Source of the DNA: Hyalangium minutum
Lineage (GTDB): Bacteria > Myxococcota > Myxococcia > Myxococcales > Myxococcaceae
DNA length: 64,000 nt
Reading direction: 5' to 3'
Assembly: GCF_000737315.1 (NCBI RefSeq)
Contig: NZ_JMCB01000025.1
Coordinates: 40,550 to 104,549 of the forward strand
Shown here: positions 55,480-64,000 of the stretch, piece after piece
Layout of the letters: each line of letters begins with the position of its first letter
Position numbering within the stretch: the stretch's first letter is position 1
Notes under the pieces: model-generated
Seen by the model: the letters and a program-made list of their open reading frames with translations, nothing else
The model's database searches: none
What the model was told of the DNA's origin: nothing
Position numbers and translations under genes: made by a program

Positions 55480-58404
55480 ATGGGGCATCCCACGGATGTG
55501 GTAGCGGGTCAGTGCCTGGGCGAGAACACCCTGGACGGGCTGAGCCGAGGGCACTTATCCGCCGAGGAGCGCGAGGTCGCGGTGCGCCACCTCGACGGGT
55601 GTGACAGCTGCCGCCAGCTCCTGGCCGCGCTAGGGCAGGCAGTGAGCACTCCCGGTGCTGTGACTCCGTGGACGGGCTCTGCCAGTGCCCCCACTCCGGC
55701 GAGGCCTCGCCTCACGGCGGGTGAGCGGGTGGGGCGCTACACGGTGCTCCACGAGGTGGGCGCGGGAGGCATGGGCGTCGTCTATGCGGCGTACGATCCC
55801 GAGCTGGACCGGCGCATCGCGCTGAAGCTGGTGCACAGCGAGGCTCTGCCGGAGGACTCGCGGGAGGAGGCGGCCTCACGGCTGCTCCGGGAGGCGCAGG
55901 CGCTGGCTCGGCTCTCCCACCCGCATGTCGTCACGGTGTTCGATGGAGGCCGCTTCGACGGGCAGGTCTTCCTCGCCATGGAGTTCATCGAGGGAGGCTC
56001 GCTGGGACAATGGCTGCGCGCGGAGCCGCGTCCGGCGGATGCGGTGCTGGCGCTGTTTCTCGAAGCGGGCCAGGGGCTCGCGGCGGCCCACCGCGCGGGG
56101 CTCGTGCACCGCGACTTCAAGCCGGACAACGTGCTGGTGGGCAAGGATGGCCGGGCGCGGGTGACGGACTTCGGTCTGGTGCGACTCGCTGCTCCGGGAG
56201 GCCAGCCGCTGGGCGGAGGAGCGGAGCCCCCGCGAGCGCTGCCGGCCGGAGCCGAGGCGAGAACCCAATTGGGGGCGAAGCTCGGCACACCGGTGTACAT
56301 GGCACCGGAGCTGTGGCGGGGGGCCCCGGCGTCCGCTCGCAGCGATCAATTCGCGTTCTGTGTGGCCTTCTATGAGGCGCTTCAAGGAGAGCGCCCCTTT
56401 ACGGTGAATGCGCTGGCGGAGGGAGGAATGCCGCTCGGAGGGCGAGGGCTGCCGCGTCCCACTCGCATCCCCCCGAGGTGGTGGCCGATCCTCGTCCGCG
56501 GCCTCGCTTCGGAGCCCGAGGCACGGTTTCCCTCCATGGACGTGCTCCTGGATGCGCTCGAGAGCACGCAGACGATGCAGCGCAAGCGGCGCATTCGGGC
56601 GGGGGTGCTCCTGGGCGTGGGAGTCCTGATGGCGGCGGGCCTGGGGCTGTTCCGCTGGCGCGAGCGGGCTCACGATGTGTGTGCGGGAGCGCGTGAGCGG
56701 CTCGTAGGCGCGTGGGATGAGGCTCAGAAGAGCGAAGTGCGCGCCGCCTTCCTGGCCACCCACTCAGCCCATGCGGAGGCCGCGTGGTCGGGGACGGAGC
56801 GCCTGCTGGATCGCTACGCGGACGCATGGGCCCAGATGCGCACCGACGCCTGCGAGGCCACCCACGTGCGCGGAGAGCAGTCCGGGGAGCTGCTGGACTT
56901 GCGCATGGCGTGCCTGGCGCAGCGCCGCGAGAGCCTGCGCGCCCTGGCTCACGTCTTGAGCACTGCGGACAGAGGGGTCGTGGAGAGGGCCGTGGAGGCG
57001 GCGGGCCAGCTTCCTCGGTTGGAAGAGTGCGCCTCGACGCAGGCCCTCCTGGCGCCGCTGCGTCCGCCGCAGGACCCGGCGGCCCGCGAGCGGATCGATG
57101 CGGTCCGCGCGCAGCTCGCCGAGGCCAAGGCGCTGCTTTCCGCGGGCCGCTACGAGTCGAGCCGGGCTCTCGTGGAAGAGGTCCTCCGCGCGTCTCAGGA
57201 CGTGTCTTACAAGCCTGTCGAGGCCGAGGCGTTCCTGGCTCTCGCCCTGGCCCATGTCCGCCTGGAGGACAGTCCTCAGGCGGCCAAGGCGCTCGGACAG
57301 GCCTTGATGGCGGCGGAGGCCAGTGGACACATCGAGGTCGCCGCGAAGACCGCCGCCATGCTCGCGCTGGTGCACGGCCTGCACCTTCGGCAGCACGCGC
57401 AGGGGCACTTCTGGGTGGACTTTGGCGGAGCGGTGCTGGAGCGCCTCGGGCCTTCACCGGCGCTCGCAGCGGAGCGGCTGTTCATCCTGGGCAACCTCCT
57501 GATGGATGAGGGACGCGCGAGCGAGTCCATCCCACCGCTCGAGGAGGCGCTCGCGCTCCAGGAGAAGTTCCAGGGTCCGGAGCACCTCCAGGTCGCCCGG
57601 ACGCTGGGCCGGCTCGCCTTTGCGCTTGCGACGCTCGAGCGCTTCACCGAGGCGCTCCCCCTCGCGCAGCGAGCCCTGGCCATCCAGGAGCGGTTGCTGG
57701 GCCCGGAGCACCCGGACTGCGCCATCTCTCTGCAATCGATCGCATTCGTCCTGGCCATGGCGGGCAGGAGCCCCGAGGCGGTACCCCTCATGGAGCGCGC
57801 CTTGGCCATCGAGGAACGCGCGTTTGGCGCGGACCACCCGTCCATCGTGAAGTCGCTGATCAGCTTGTCGAATGTGCAGACGGAGGCGGCGGATGCCATC
57901 CCTCCGCTCGAACGAGCCCTGGCGATCCAGCAGCGCGCGCCGCATGCGCAGGAGTCCGACACGCTCCTCATCTTGAAGAACCTGGCCATCAACCACTCGC
58001 TGCTCGGGCATGCCCGAGAGCAACTGGAATACGCGCAGCGGGCACTGGAGCGCGAGGAGAAGATGCTGGGGCCGGATGCTCCCGACCTGGCACCGACCCT
58101 CCACATGGTGGGGAACGCGCATGAGCGGCTGGGCGCACCCGCTCGGGCACTGCCCCTGTTGGAGCGGGCGCTGTCCATCGCGGAGTCGCGTCCGCTCACG
58201 GAGTCGCACACCATCGGGCGCGACGAGCGGGCACAGATCCGCATGCACCTGGCGGACACGCTCTGGGCCTTGGGGCGCGAGCGTGCGCGGGCGAGGGCCT
58301 TGGTGACGGAGGCGCTGGAGTTGGCGCGCGGCGCTGGCGGCTCGATGGACGCGCAGGCGGCCGAGCTGGAGAAGTGGCTGGCCACGCATCCGCTGCCGAA
58401 GTGA
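55480..58404 (+). CDS. Ser/Thr protein kinase with N-terminal ZAS-like motif, TM segment and C-terminal TPRs
   Basis: HLDGCDSC; GAGGMGVVY, IALK, HRDFKPDN, DFG, GTP.YMAPE; TPR-like LERALAI repeats. Confidence 0.93.
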   Translation: MGHPTDVVAGQCLGENTLDGLSRGHLSAEEREVAVRHLDGCDSCRQLLAALGQAVSTPGAVTPWTGSASAPTPARPRLTAGERVGRYTVLHEVGAGGMGVVYAAYDPELDRRIALKLVHSEALPEDSREEAASRLLREAQALARLSHPHVVTVFDGGRFDGQVFLAMEFIEGGSLGQWLRAEPRPADAVLALFLEAGQGLAAAHRAGLVHRDFKPDNVLVGKDGRARVTDFGLVRLAAPGGQPLGGGAEPPRALPAGAEARTQLGAKLGTPVYMAPELWRGAPASARSDQFAFCVAFYEALQGERPFTVNALAEGGMPLGGRGLPRPTRIPPRWWPILVRGLASEPEARFPSMDVLLDALESTQTMQRKRRIRAGVLLGVGVLMAAGLGLFRWRERAHDVCAGARERLVGAWDEAQKSEVRAAFLATHSAHAEAAWSGTERLLDRYADAWAQMRTDACEATHVRGEQSGELLDLRMACLAQRRESLRALAHVLSTADRGVVERAVEAAGQLPRLEECASTQALLAPLRPPQDPAARERIDAVRAQLAEAKALLSAGRYESSRALVEEVLRASQDVSYKPVEAEAFLALALAHVRLEDSPQAAKALGQALMAAEASGHIEVAAKTAAMLALVHGLHLRQHAQGHFWVDFGGAVLERLGPSPALAAERLFILGNLLMDEGRASESIPPLEEALALQEKFQGPEHLQVARTLGRLAFALATLERFTEALPLAQRALAIQERLLGPEHPDCAISLQSIAFVLAMAGRSPEAVPLMERALAIEERAFGADHPSIVKSLISLSNVQTEAADAIPPLERALAIQQRAPHAQESDTLLILKNLAINHSLLGHAREQLEYAQRALEREEKMLGPDAPDLAPTLHMVGNAHERLGAPARALPLLERALSIAESRPLTESHTIGRDERAQIRMHLADTLWALGRERARARALVTEALELARGAGGSMDAQAAELEKWLATHPLPK

Positions 58405-58439
58405 GGGTGTTATCCTGGGGCTTGGAGAACGCGGGGCTG

Positions 58440-59309
58440 ATGACGGAGGGAGATGCGGTGGAGGAAGGGCTGGCGCGGCTCTTTGAGGTGGGGCGGGAAG
58501 CGTGGCCGTCCTTGCCGCTGCCGTTCGAGGTGTTCGTGCGGCACGTCATGTGCCACCTCCCCAAACGGAACCCCCCCGAGCGCCTGCTCCCGGCGCTGCA
58601 TGGAGCGGATCTGTACCTGGCCTGTGCATGCAAGGAGGGAGTCCCGGGCGCTGCGTCCGCTTTCCAAGCGAGCCATGGGGCCACGGTGGAGGCGGCGCTG
58701 CGCGGCCGGAACGTGCCACCGGACGAGCGCGGGGAGCTGACGCAGGCCTTTTGGGAGAAGCTCCTCGTGGGGCAGCAGGGCGTACCGGCGAAGATCGGGG
58801 ACTACTCGGGGCGCGGGCCGCTGGGAGGCTGGGTGAGGGTGGCGGCGGTTCGCGCGGCGCTCAATTACCACGAGCAGAAGAAGAGCGACCCGCTGGGGGC
58901 GAGAGCGCCCATGGACGCGCAGCGCGAGCCCACCACGCAGGATCCCGAGCTCGACTTCCTCAAGGCGCACTACCGGGACGAGGTCCAGCAGGCGCTGAAG
59001 GATGCGCTGGCGGGGCTCGAGGCCGACGAGCGAAACGTGTTGCGGCTGCACTTCCTGGATGGGTTGAGCACCGAGCGGATCGCCACGGTGTACGGGGTGC
59101 ACCGGGCGACGGTGGCGCGCTGGGTCACGCGAGGCCGAGAGGCGCTGCTGACCGGGACGCACCAACTGCTCATGGAGCGCATGCGCATCGGGCGGGGCGA
59201 GGCCGAGAGCATCATCGGCATCGTGAGGAGCCAGCTGGGCCTGGCCCTGGGCAGCATCTTCCGGGCCGCGGATCAGCGTCCCGAACCCGAGCGCTCCAAG
59301 AGGCGTTGA
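58440..59309 (+). CDS. ECF-type sigma factor, kinase-associated
   Basis: DLYLACAC, YSGRG.L.GW.RV, sigma-4 LA.L...ER..LRL...DGLS...IA.VYGVHRATVARW. Confidence 0.82.
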   Translation: MTEGDAVEEGLARLFEVGREAWPSLPLPFEVFVRHVMCHLPKRNPPERLLPALHGADLYLACACKEGVPGAASAFQASHGATVEAALRGRNVPPDERGELTQAFWEKLLVGQQGVPAKIGDYSGRGPLGGWVRVAAVRAALNYHEQKKSDPLGARAPMDAQREPTTQDPELDFLKAHYRDEVQQALKDALAGLEADERNVLRLHFLDGLSTERIATVYGVHRATVARWVTRGREALLTGTHQLLMERMRIGRGEAESIIGIVRSQLGLALGSIFRAADQRPEPERSKRR

Positions 59310-59920
59310 ATGGCCGAGGCCTGCTTCGCCTCGTTGCCCGTGAAGCGCAGGCCCAGGCCTCGCTCTTCGCCCTTCTTGCCCTGCCAGATCACCCGCGCCT
59401 CGATCCACGTCCCGCCGATGCCGAACAGGCCATCGGCCACCTTCAGCCACACGGGCTCGCCCTCTTTGATTTTGCTGAGGTTGTTGCCCACGATGAACGC
59501 ACCCGTCTGGGACAAGTCCCTCAGCTCCGCGGGGAGCTGCCGGTCTCCGAGCTTGAGCTGGCAGTTCTTGCGGATGGGGATTCGCTCGCGCGAGGCGGTG
59601 CCCATGGACAGCGGACGCTGCGCGCAGAACGCGAACACCTCCGCGGCCCGTCGCTTGTGGTCTCCGACGAAGCCCACCAGGAATCCGCCCTTGCCGTCGC
59701 GGCCCATCTTCCGCGTGGTCTCCAACGCCACCCCTTCCAGCTCGAAGCGCTCGGAGGTATCTCCGAAGGTGACGAAGAGCTTCACACGAGCGTCTTGGAA
59801 CACCATGTGGGGGCTGGGAACGAAGAGCGTCAGCGATCCACGCTCGGTCTTCGCCGCGGTCAACAAGGCGCGGCGGGAGGCGTACCGGACCTCGACTGAC
59901 GTGGCGGCTTCCTCGGGCAT
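59273..59920 (-). CDS. PilZ-domain protein
   Basis: SRERIP and DLSQTGAF; N-terminal degenerate PilZ-like half. Confidence 0.8.
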   Translation of the reverse strand: MPEEAATSVEVRYASRRALLTAAKTERGSLTLFVPSPHMVFQDARVKLFVTFGDTSERFELEGVALETTRKMGRDGKGGFLVGFVGDHKRRAAEVFAFCAQRPLSMGTASRERIPIRKNCQLKLGDRQLPAELRDLSQTGAFIVGNNLSKIKEGEPVWLKVADGLFGIGGTWIEARVIWQGKKGEERGLGLRFTGNEAKQASAIQRLLERSGSGR

Positions 59921-59979
59921 GGTCCGATTATCGGTGTGGCCCGCGCCCTGTTCAACGTGAAGGCGAGGCCCCACCGTCC

Positions 59980-60750
59980 TCAGCGGTCCGCGATGTCGGC
60001 GATTTGCAGGTACGGGGACGCTTCGACGATGGCTTCGGCGGTCCAGCCCCAGTTGACGCCTTGGCCTTTCTCGTTGCAGTCACCGTCGGTGTGAACGCCC
60101 AGCAGGTGGCCTTGGCGGTTGAGCACGCCGGCGCCGGAGCTCCCCACCAGGGTATCCAGGTCCGCGTAATAGACGAGCTGGTTGCACGAGGCCAGGAACG
60201 TGCCCTCGGCGATGACCTTGGGGTGGCCCCGGGGATGCTGGATGATGGCCAGCGGCTCGGTGGCTTGGGTCGTCAGTGAGACGGGAGTGACCGCTGGGAG
60301 CGTGTCGAGCTGGATGAGCGCATAGTCAGGCTCGAGCGCTTGCTCGATGACGGTCCCCTCGGTGATCAGCGGATCCCCGTCGGCGTCGTCCTCGAAGTTG
60401 AAGACCAGCAGCGGCCGGTCGCCAACCGCCACACAGTGTCCCGCGGTGAGCACCACCGGACCCGCGCCGGCCGCGATCAGCGTTCCGGTGCAGCTGCCGT
60501 TGATCAGGGCGACGGCGTCTTCCGAGCGCTGGATGGCGTCCGCGAGCGTACCCGCGTAGCGGTTGATGGGGGTGAAATCGAGGGTCGGGCCGCACTGCTG
60601 GAAGCTGTGGACCTCGGGCTTCTGCTGGCTGGCGCAGACCTTAGGGGCCGCGGGCTCCTCACCACCACAGGCCACAAGGGCCAGGAGCAAGGAGCCCGCG
60701 AGGGGCAGCCCCCACGGATTTAGGGATGAGCCGGGGGGCTGGTGCTTCAT
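59980..60750 (-). CDS. Trypsin-like serine protease lipoprotein
   Basis: Lipobox LVAC; CTGTLI, LTAGHC, DYALI, GSSGAG. Confidence 0.88.
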   Translation of the reverse strand: MKHQPPGSSLNPWGLPLAGSLLLALVACGGEEPAAPKVCASQQKPEVHSFQQCGPTLDFTPINRYAGTLADAIQRSEDAVALINGSCTGTLIAAGAGPVVLTAGHCVAVGDRPLLVFNFEDDADGDPLITEGTVIEQALEPDYALIQLDTLPAVTPVSLTTQATEPLAIIQHPRGHPKVIAEGTFLASCNQLVYYADLDTLVGSSGAGVLNRQGHLLGVHTDGDCNEKGQGVNWGWTAEAIVEASPYLQIADIADR

Positions 60751-60753
60751 CTC

Positions 60754-61521
60754 TTAGTAGAGGTAGTTCAGCGCGGTCTTGTCGGAGGCGGTCCACTCAC
60801 CGGTCTCGGTGGAGCGGAAGCAGGAGTTCATGATCGAACCGCCCACCGTGGCCGTGCTCGGGGTGCCGGGGATGAGGATGGCGCCCACGCCCGCGGTGCC
60901 CTCGTTGGAGGCGGAGCCGCCGCAGCTGATGGCCCGGTTGTAGTAGTCCGAGTGGCGGAAGCCGACCGCGTGGCCCAGCTCGTGGGTGATGACGTGCTCG
61001 TTCACGTCATTGCTGTAGCTCTGCAGGCCGGTGCCGATGTTGATGGTGCCGTAGGGCTTGCCGCCCGAGGGGAAGCCCGCGGAGCCGCCGGCGCCGGTCG
61101 AGGTCTGGGCGGTGATGGTCGCGTTGCAGTCAGAGGCCGAGCCCCGCGCGAACCGGATGCGGAGGTTCTGGCTGTTGTAGTTTTCGATGGCCAGATCGAG
61201 GCCCGCGCTGAGGCGGCTGTAGCTGTTGAACGTGCTGGTGGGGACGACGCAGATCTTCGTCACGCTGGTGCCGACGATGTTGGTGGTCTGGTACTGCTCC
61301 GGGGTGCCCACGGTGCCGAGCATCTCCTGGGACGCCTGGAGGGTCACGTGCGCGTCGAGGCCCACGTACACCTTGTCCTCGACGACCATGATGTCCTGGC
61401 GCGGATACCCGGCCTCGACGAGGTTGGAGATGATCTGCTCGTTCTCGGACTGGAGATCGGTACCGCAGCCGGCCAGCAGGGCACCACAGCTCATCACGAG
61501 GACTGCCGTCTTCTTGAACAT
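60754..61521 (-). CDS. M57-family zinc metalloprotease lipoprotein
   Basis: Lipobox LAGC; ITHELGHAVGFRHSD, IPGTP, GSIMNSC. Confidence 0.9.
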   Translation of the reverse strand: MFKKTAVLVMSCGALLAGCGTDLQSENEQIISNLVEAGYPRQDIMVVEDKVYVGLDAHVTLQASQEMLGTVGTPEQYQTTNIVGTSVTKICVVPTSTFNSYSRLSAGLDLAIENYNSQNLRIRFARGSASDCNATITAQTSTGAGGSAGFPSGGKPYGTINIGTGLQSYSNDVNEHVITHELGHAVGFRHSDYYNRAISCGGSASNEGTAGVGAILIPGTPSTATVGGSIMNSCFRSTETGEWTASDKTALNYLY

Positions 61522-61725
61522 GGTCGTTGTTCCTTTGCCCGGATTCGGGCTCTGCCCCGTGGGGGAAAGCGGGGCAGATGCCATGCGATTTAGGTCATTT
61601 AAACTCAAAAAGCCATCAAATTCTGAAAGCCTGAGAAAAGTGGCTTAAGCGGCAGGCATGGAAAGGTCTGTCGTCCACCTACAATGTCTACGGGAGTATC
61701 CTCTGGCCGTGAACCGAGCGTGCAG

Positions 61726-62445
61726 TCAACCTGCCGGCCAAGGCTGCAACGGCCGCAGCAGCCCGGTCCGGTCCAGCAGCTCGTGGACGCGAGCGGCCAG
61801 TGCGACGTGCTCCGGGTTGGAGACGGTAAACCGCTCGTTCGTGAGGGTGACGAGGGTGCCCTTGTCCTCCACCGGTTCAATGCGCACAGGGGCAGGCAGT
61901 GGGGGGACCTTGCCTCGCAGCCGCGAGAAGTACATCACCCAGCCTATGAAGGTGCCCGGCGTCGCTTTCTCCGTCACGCTGTCTCGGTGCGCTTCGGAGG
62001 TGGCCACTCCCCACTCCGGGTCCCAGGCCAGAGCCATGCTGCGCAGCACCTCAGCCATCACGGGAGCGGTCAGCACCCGCTCCCCGATCGGACCTTCATC
62101 GTAAGGTTTGAGCACGCAGGTGGACGGAAGCCGCAGCGAGGATGAACCGCAGTTGCCATCCACGCCGGACGTCTCATCCAAGGTGTCGCCCGTCCACACG
62201 TGGAACGAGAAGCGGTCACCGAAATGATTCGCCTCCTGAGCGAATAGCTTCTGGAAGTTCGCCGTGCTTGTCGCGAACTGGAGTTTGCGCGCCTCCTCGA
62301 AGGAGTCTGCCGACTCATACCAGCGAGTCCACGCCGGCTCGCAGCGCCCCAAGAGGTGGAAGAAACGCTCCGCACGCCCCGCGCAAGCCTCAGCGGACTC
62401 ACGCCGGGCGAGCCAATAGGAGCCAGCGTAATAGGTTTCTATCAT
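61726..62445 (-). CDS. Imm52-family immunity protein
   Basis: ETYYAGSYW..R.E..E.CA.R...FF..L, WDPEWG, GW..Y, P.LPAPV.IEPV...GTL..LT.ERF. Confidence 0.85.
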   Translation of the reverse strand: MIETYYAGSYWLARRESAEACAGRAERFFHLLGRCEPAWTRWYESADSFEEARKLQFATSTANFQKLFAQEANHFGDRFSFHVWTGDTLDETSGVDGNCGSSSLRLPSTCVLKPYDEGPIGERVLTAPVMAEVLRSMALAWDPEWGVATSEAHRDSVTEKATPGTFIGWVMYFSRLRGKVPPLPAPVRIEPVEDKGTLVTLTNERFTVSNPEHVALAARVHELLDRTGLLRPLQPWPAG

Positions 62446-62460
62446 CCGGACGGCTACTCC

Positions 62461-63914
62461 TCACGGGGGCGGGGTGGGGGGAACATGGACAACCTCAATC
62501 TCGTTGAGGCCAGCCCCCTTGAACATCTTCCTGAGTGCACCTGCGAGTTTTTCTTCAGCGACGATCCACCGGATAGGTGTCCCGTTGGCAACGTCGAACT
62601 GGCGTCGCGCTTGCTCCAGCAACTTGTGCTGTCCTTTGAAGTTCGGCAGGAAGTCCAGCTTCTGGGTGATCCACTGCGCGTAGCCGGTGGACTTGACCTC
62701 GAGGAGAACCCCCTGGTCGAAGCCATCAAAGTCCACCTCCTCGTCACCCACCTTGACGCGGTAGGCGTATCCCTTGGGCGTCCCCGTCATTTGGGCTTGA
62801 TAGGTCCGGGCGCTCTCGGACATGGACTCGTTCGCCTGGACCCATTCCCCCGGGCCATCGGAGCTGGGCGGCGCAGCCTGTGCGCCAGTCTTGCCGCCTG
62901 CGCTGTCGCGGGTCGCCATGGCCACTGCGTTGGGGGCCAGCACGAGGGTGACGCCCTCGGCCGTGAGGGCGACCGACTCCACCTGAGCCAGAGCAGGGCC
63001 CCTGAAGCGGATGCCCAACTGCGCCTCGGCCACCACCGCCGCCTGCCCGGCTCCCGGCAACTTCGGCAGCGTTGCGGCCATGCCCGAAGCCGTGTTCCCC
63101 ACGGCCACCGTGCCCAGCATGACGAAGGCTCGCGCCGCCTTCTCCCCCAGGGTGTCCCCGAACTTCTCTCCGGACGCATAGATGCCATCGAAGGTGGTGG
63201 CCTGATCTACTTCCTTCATCAGCACCAGCCATCCATCAATGAGGCGCCACACCGTGTCCCAGCCCAAGTAGGCCATGGCTCCCAGTGTCATCAGCGCCGC
63301 CACGCCCTTGCTCACTGGCTCGGGCAGCGCGAGCAAGATCGCGTACATGGTCAGGCCGCCCACCACTGTAGCCACCACCGCCTGGGGGTTCACCATCCGG
63401 GCGAGTTCCTCTCTCATGGCCCCAGGACCTTGCTGTGAGCAATCGCCATGGCCAGCGCGTACTTGGCATCTCCATCCAGAAAGGGCTTGTCCACCAGCAG
63501 GCGCAGGCAATCTCCGCTCCCCCACGTCCCCTCGCACCACAGCAGGTAGCGGCGCTTCAGCTCCTCGTCCTCGGGCAACAGGCGCAGGTTCCTGGTGCTC
63601 TCCGGTGCAGAGGCGATGAGGCGCTGACTCCTGCCCTCGTACCGGTACCAGCCGCTTCGCTTGGGCACTCCGAACAGTTGCCGGGCGTGCTCCAAGGGCC
63701 GCTCCACCGGAAGCACAGTGGGGGCCTGCTGCGCGACGGCCTGCTTGAACTCCTTTTCGCTCACCGCCACCGGCTCCACATCGCGGCGCGGGGTGTGGAC
63801 GATGGGCTCGCCTTGGCCTGTGTCCAAGCGAACGACGGGCCTCGTTGAGGCGCTGCACCCTGAGAGGAACACGAACAGCAGCAGGACCGCCGAGCGCGGA
63901 AGGTAAGAGTTCAC
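62461..63914 (-). pseudogene. sitA5: SitA5-type lipoprotein toxin with Tox-REase-5 domain, split by a frameshift at ~63420 (fragments 63414-63914 and 62461-63417)
   Basis: Lipobox LSGC, VVRLDTGQG, YL.WC..TW..GDCL.LL; reading continues in another frame as MREELARMVNPQAV...LPEPVSKG; C-terminal YQ.Q.TG...FDGF..GVLLEVK. Confidence 0.8.
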
Positions 63915-64000
63915 CGGCTCAAGCAGCCAGAGCAGCCGGAGCGGTCTCGAAGCTCGGGAGTAGCGAGGGAGGCTGGAGGCCGTGGCGGTGCGCCGCCAAG

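Noticed and set aside
59273-59309. 37-nt 3' overlap of convergent sigma and PilZ genes
   Set aside because: Short convergent overlaps are common in GC-rich genomes; no evidence of function
63915-64000. Possible 3' end of an upstream minus-strand gene
   Set aside because: Two frames are open to the window edge and neither has a recognisable motif

Overview
GC-rich myxobacterial-type chromosomal window (Cystobacterineae-like, inferred from the gene families and codon bias). No rRNA, complete tRNA, CRISPR array or transposase could be supported. It runs from the 3' end of acnA through a type VI secretion (T6SS) auxiliary toxin island (1173-12388) lying between acnA and asnS. The island has two VgrG genes, one ending in a putative ADP-ribosyltransferase toxin with a domain-duplicated immunity gene. 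It also has DUF2169, a TIGR02270 HEAT gene, and a lower-GC [thiolase-like, DUF4150/PAAR toxin, SUKH immunity] block that is inverted relative to the canonical vgrG1b/tse7-type order. Downstream are a translation/alarmone trio (ArfB-like, HD hydrolase, asnS), a STAND-NTPase-TPR protein with an internally deleted nucleosidase effector domain, and an 898-aa orphan preceded by 11-bp-phased CCAAT boxes. A six-gene uncharacterised lipid-modifying operon follows (alpha/beta hydrolase, ADC-family, membrane protein, patatin, GMC oxidase, metallophosphoesterase). The remainder holds two outer-membrane-exchange SitAI toxin pairs (one frameshifted), a sphingosine-1-phosphate-lyase-like gene, IorAB, a ZAS-kinase/ECF sigma pair, and several secreted proteases and Cys-rich proteins. 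Family names come from motif recognition by eye, not database searches. Most long antisense ORFs in the track are GC-bias shadows.
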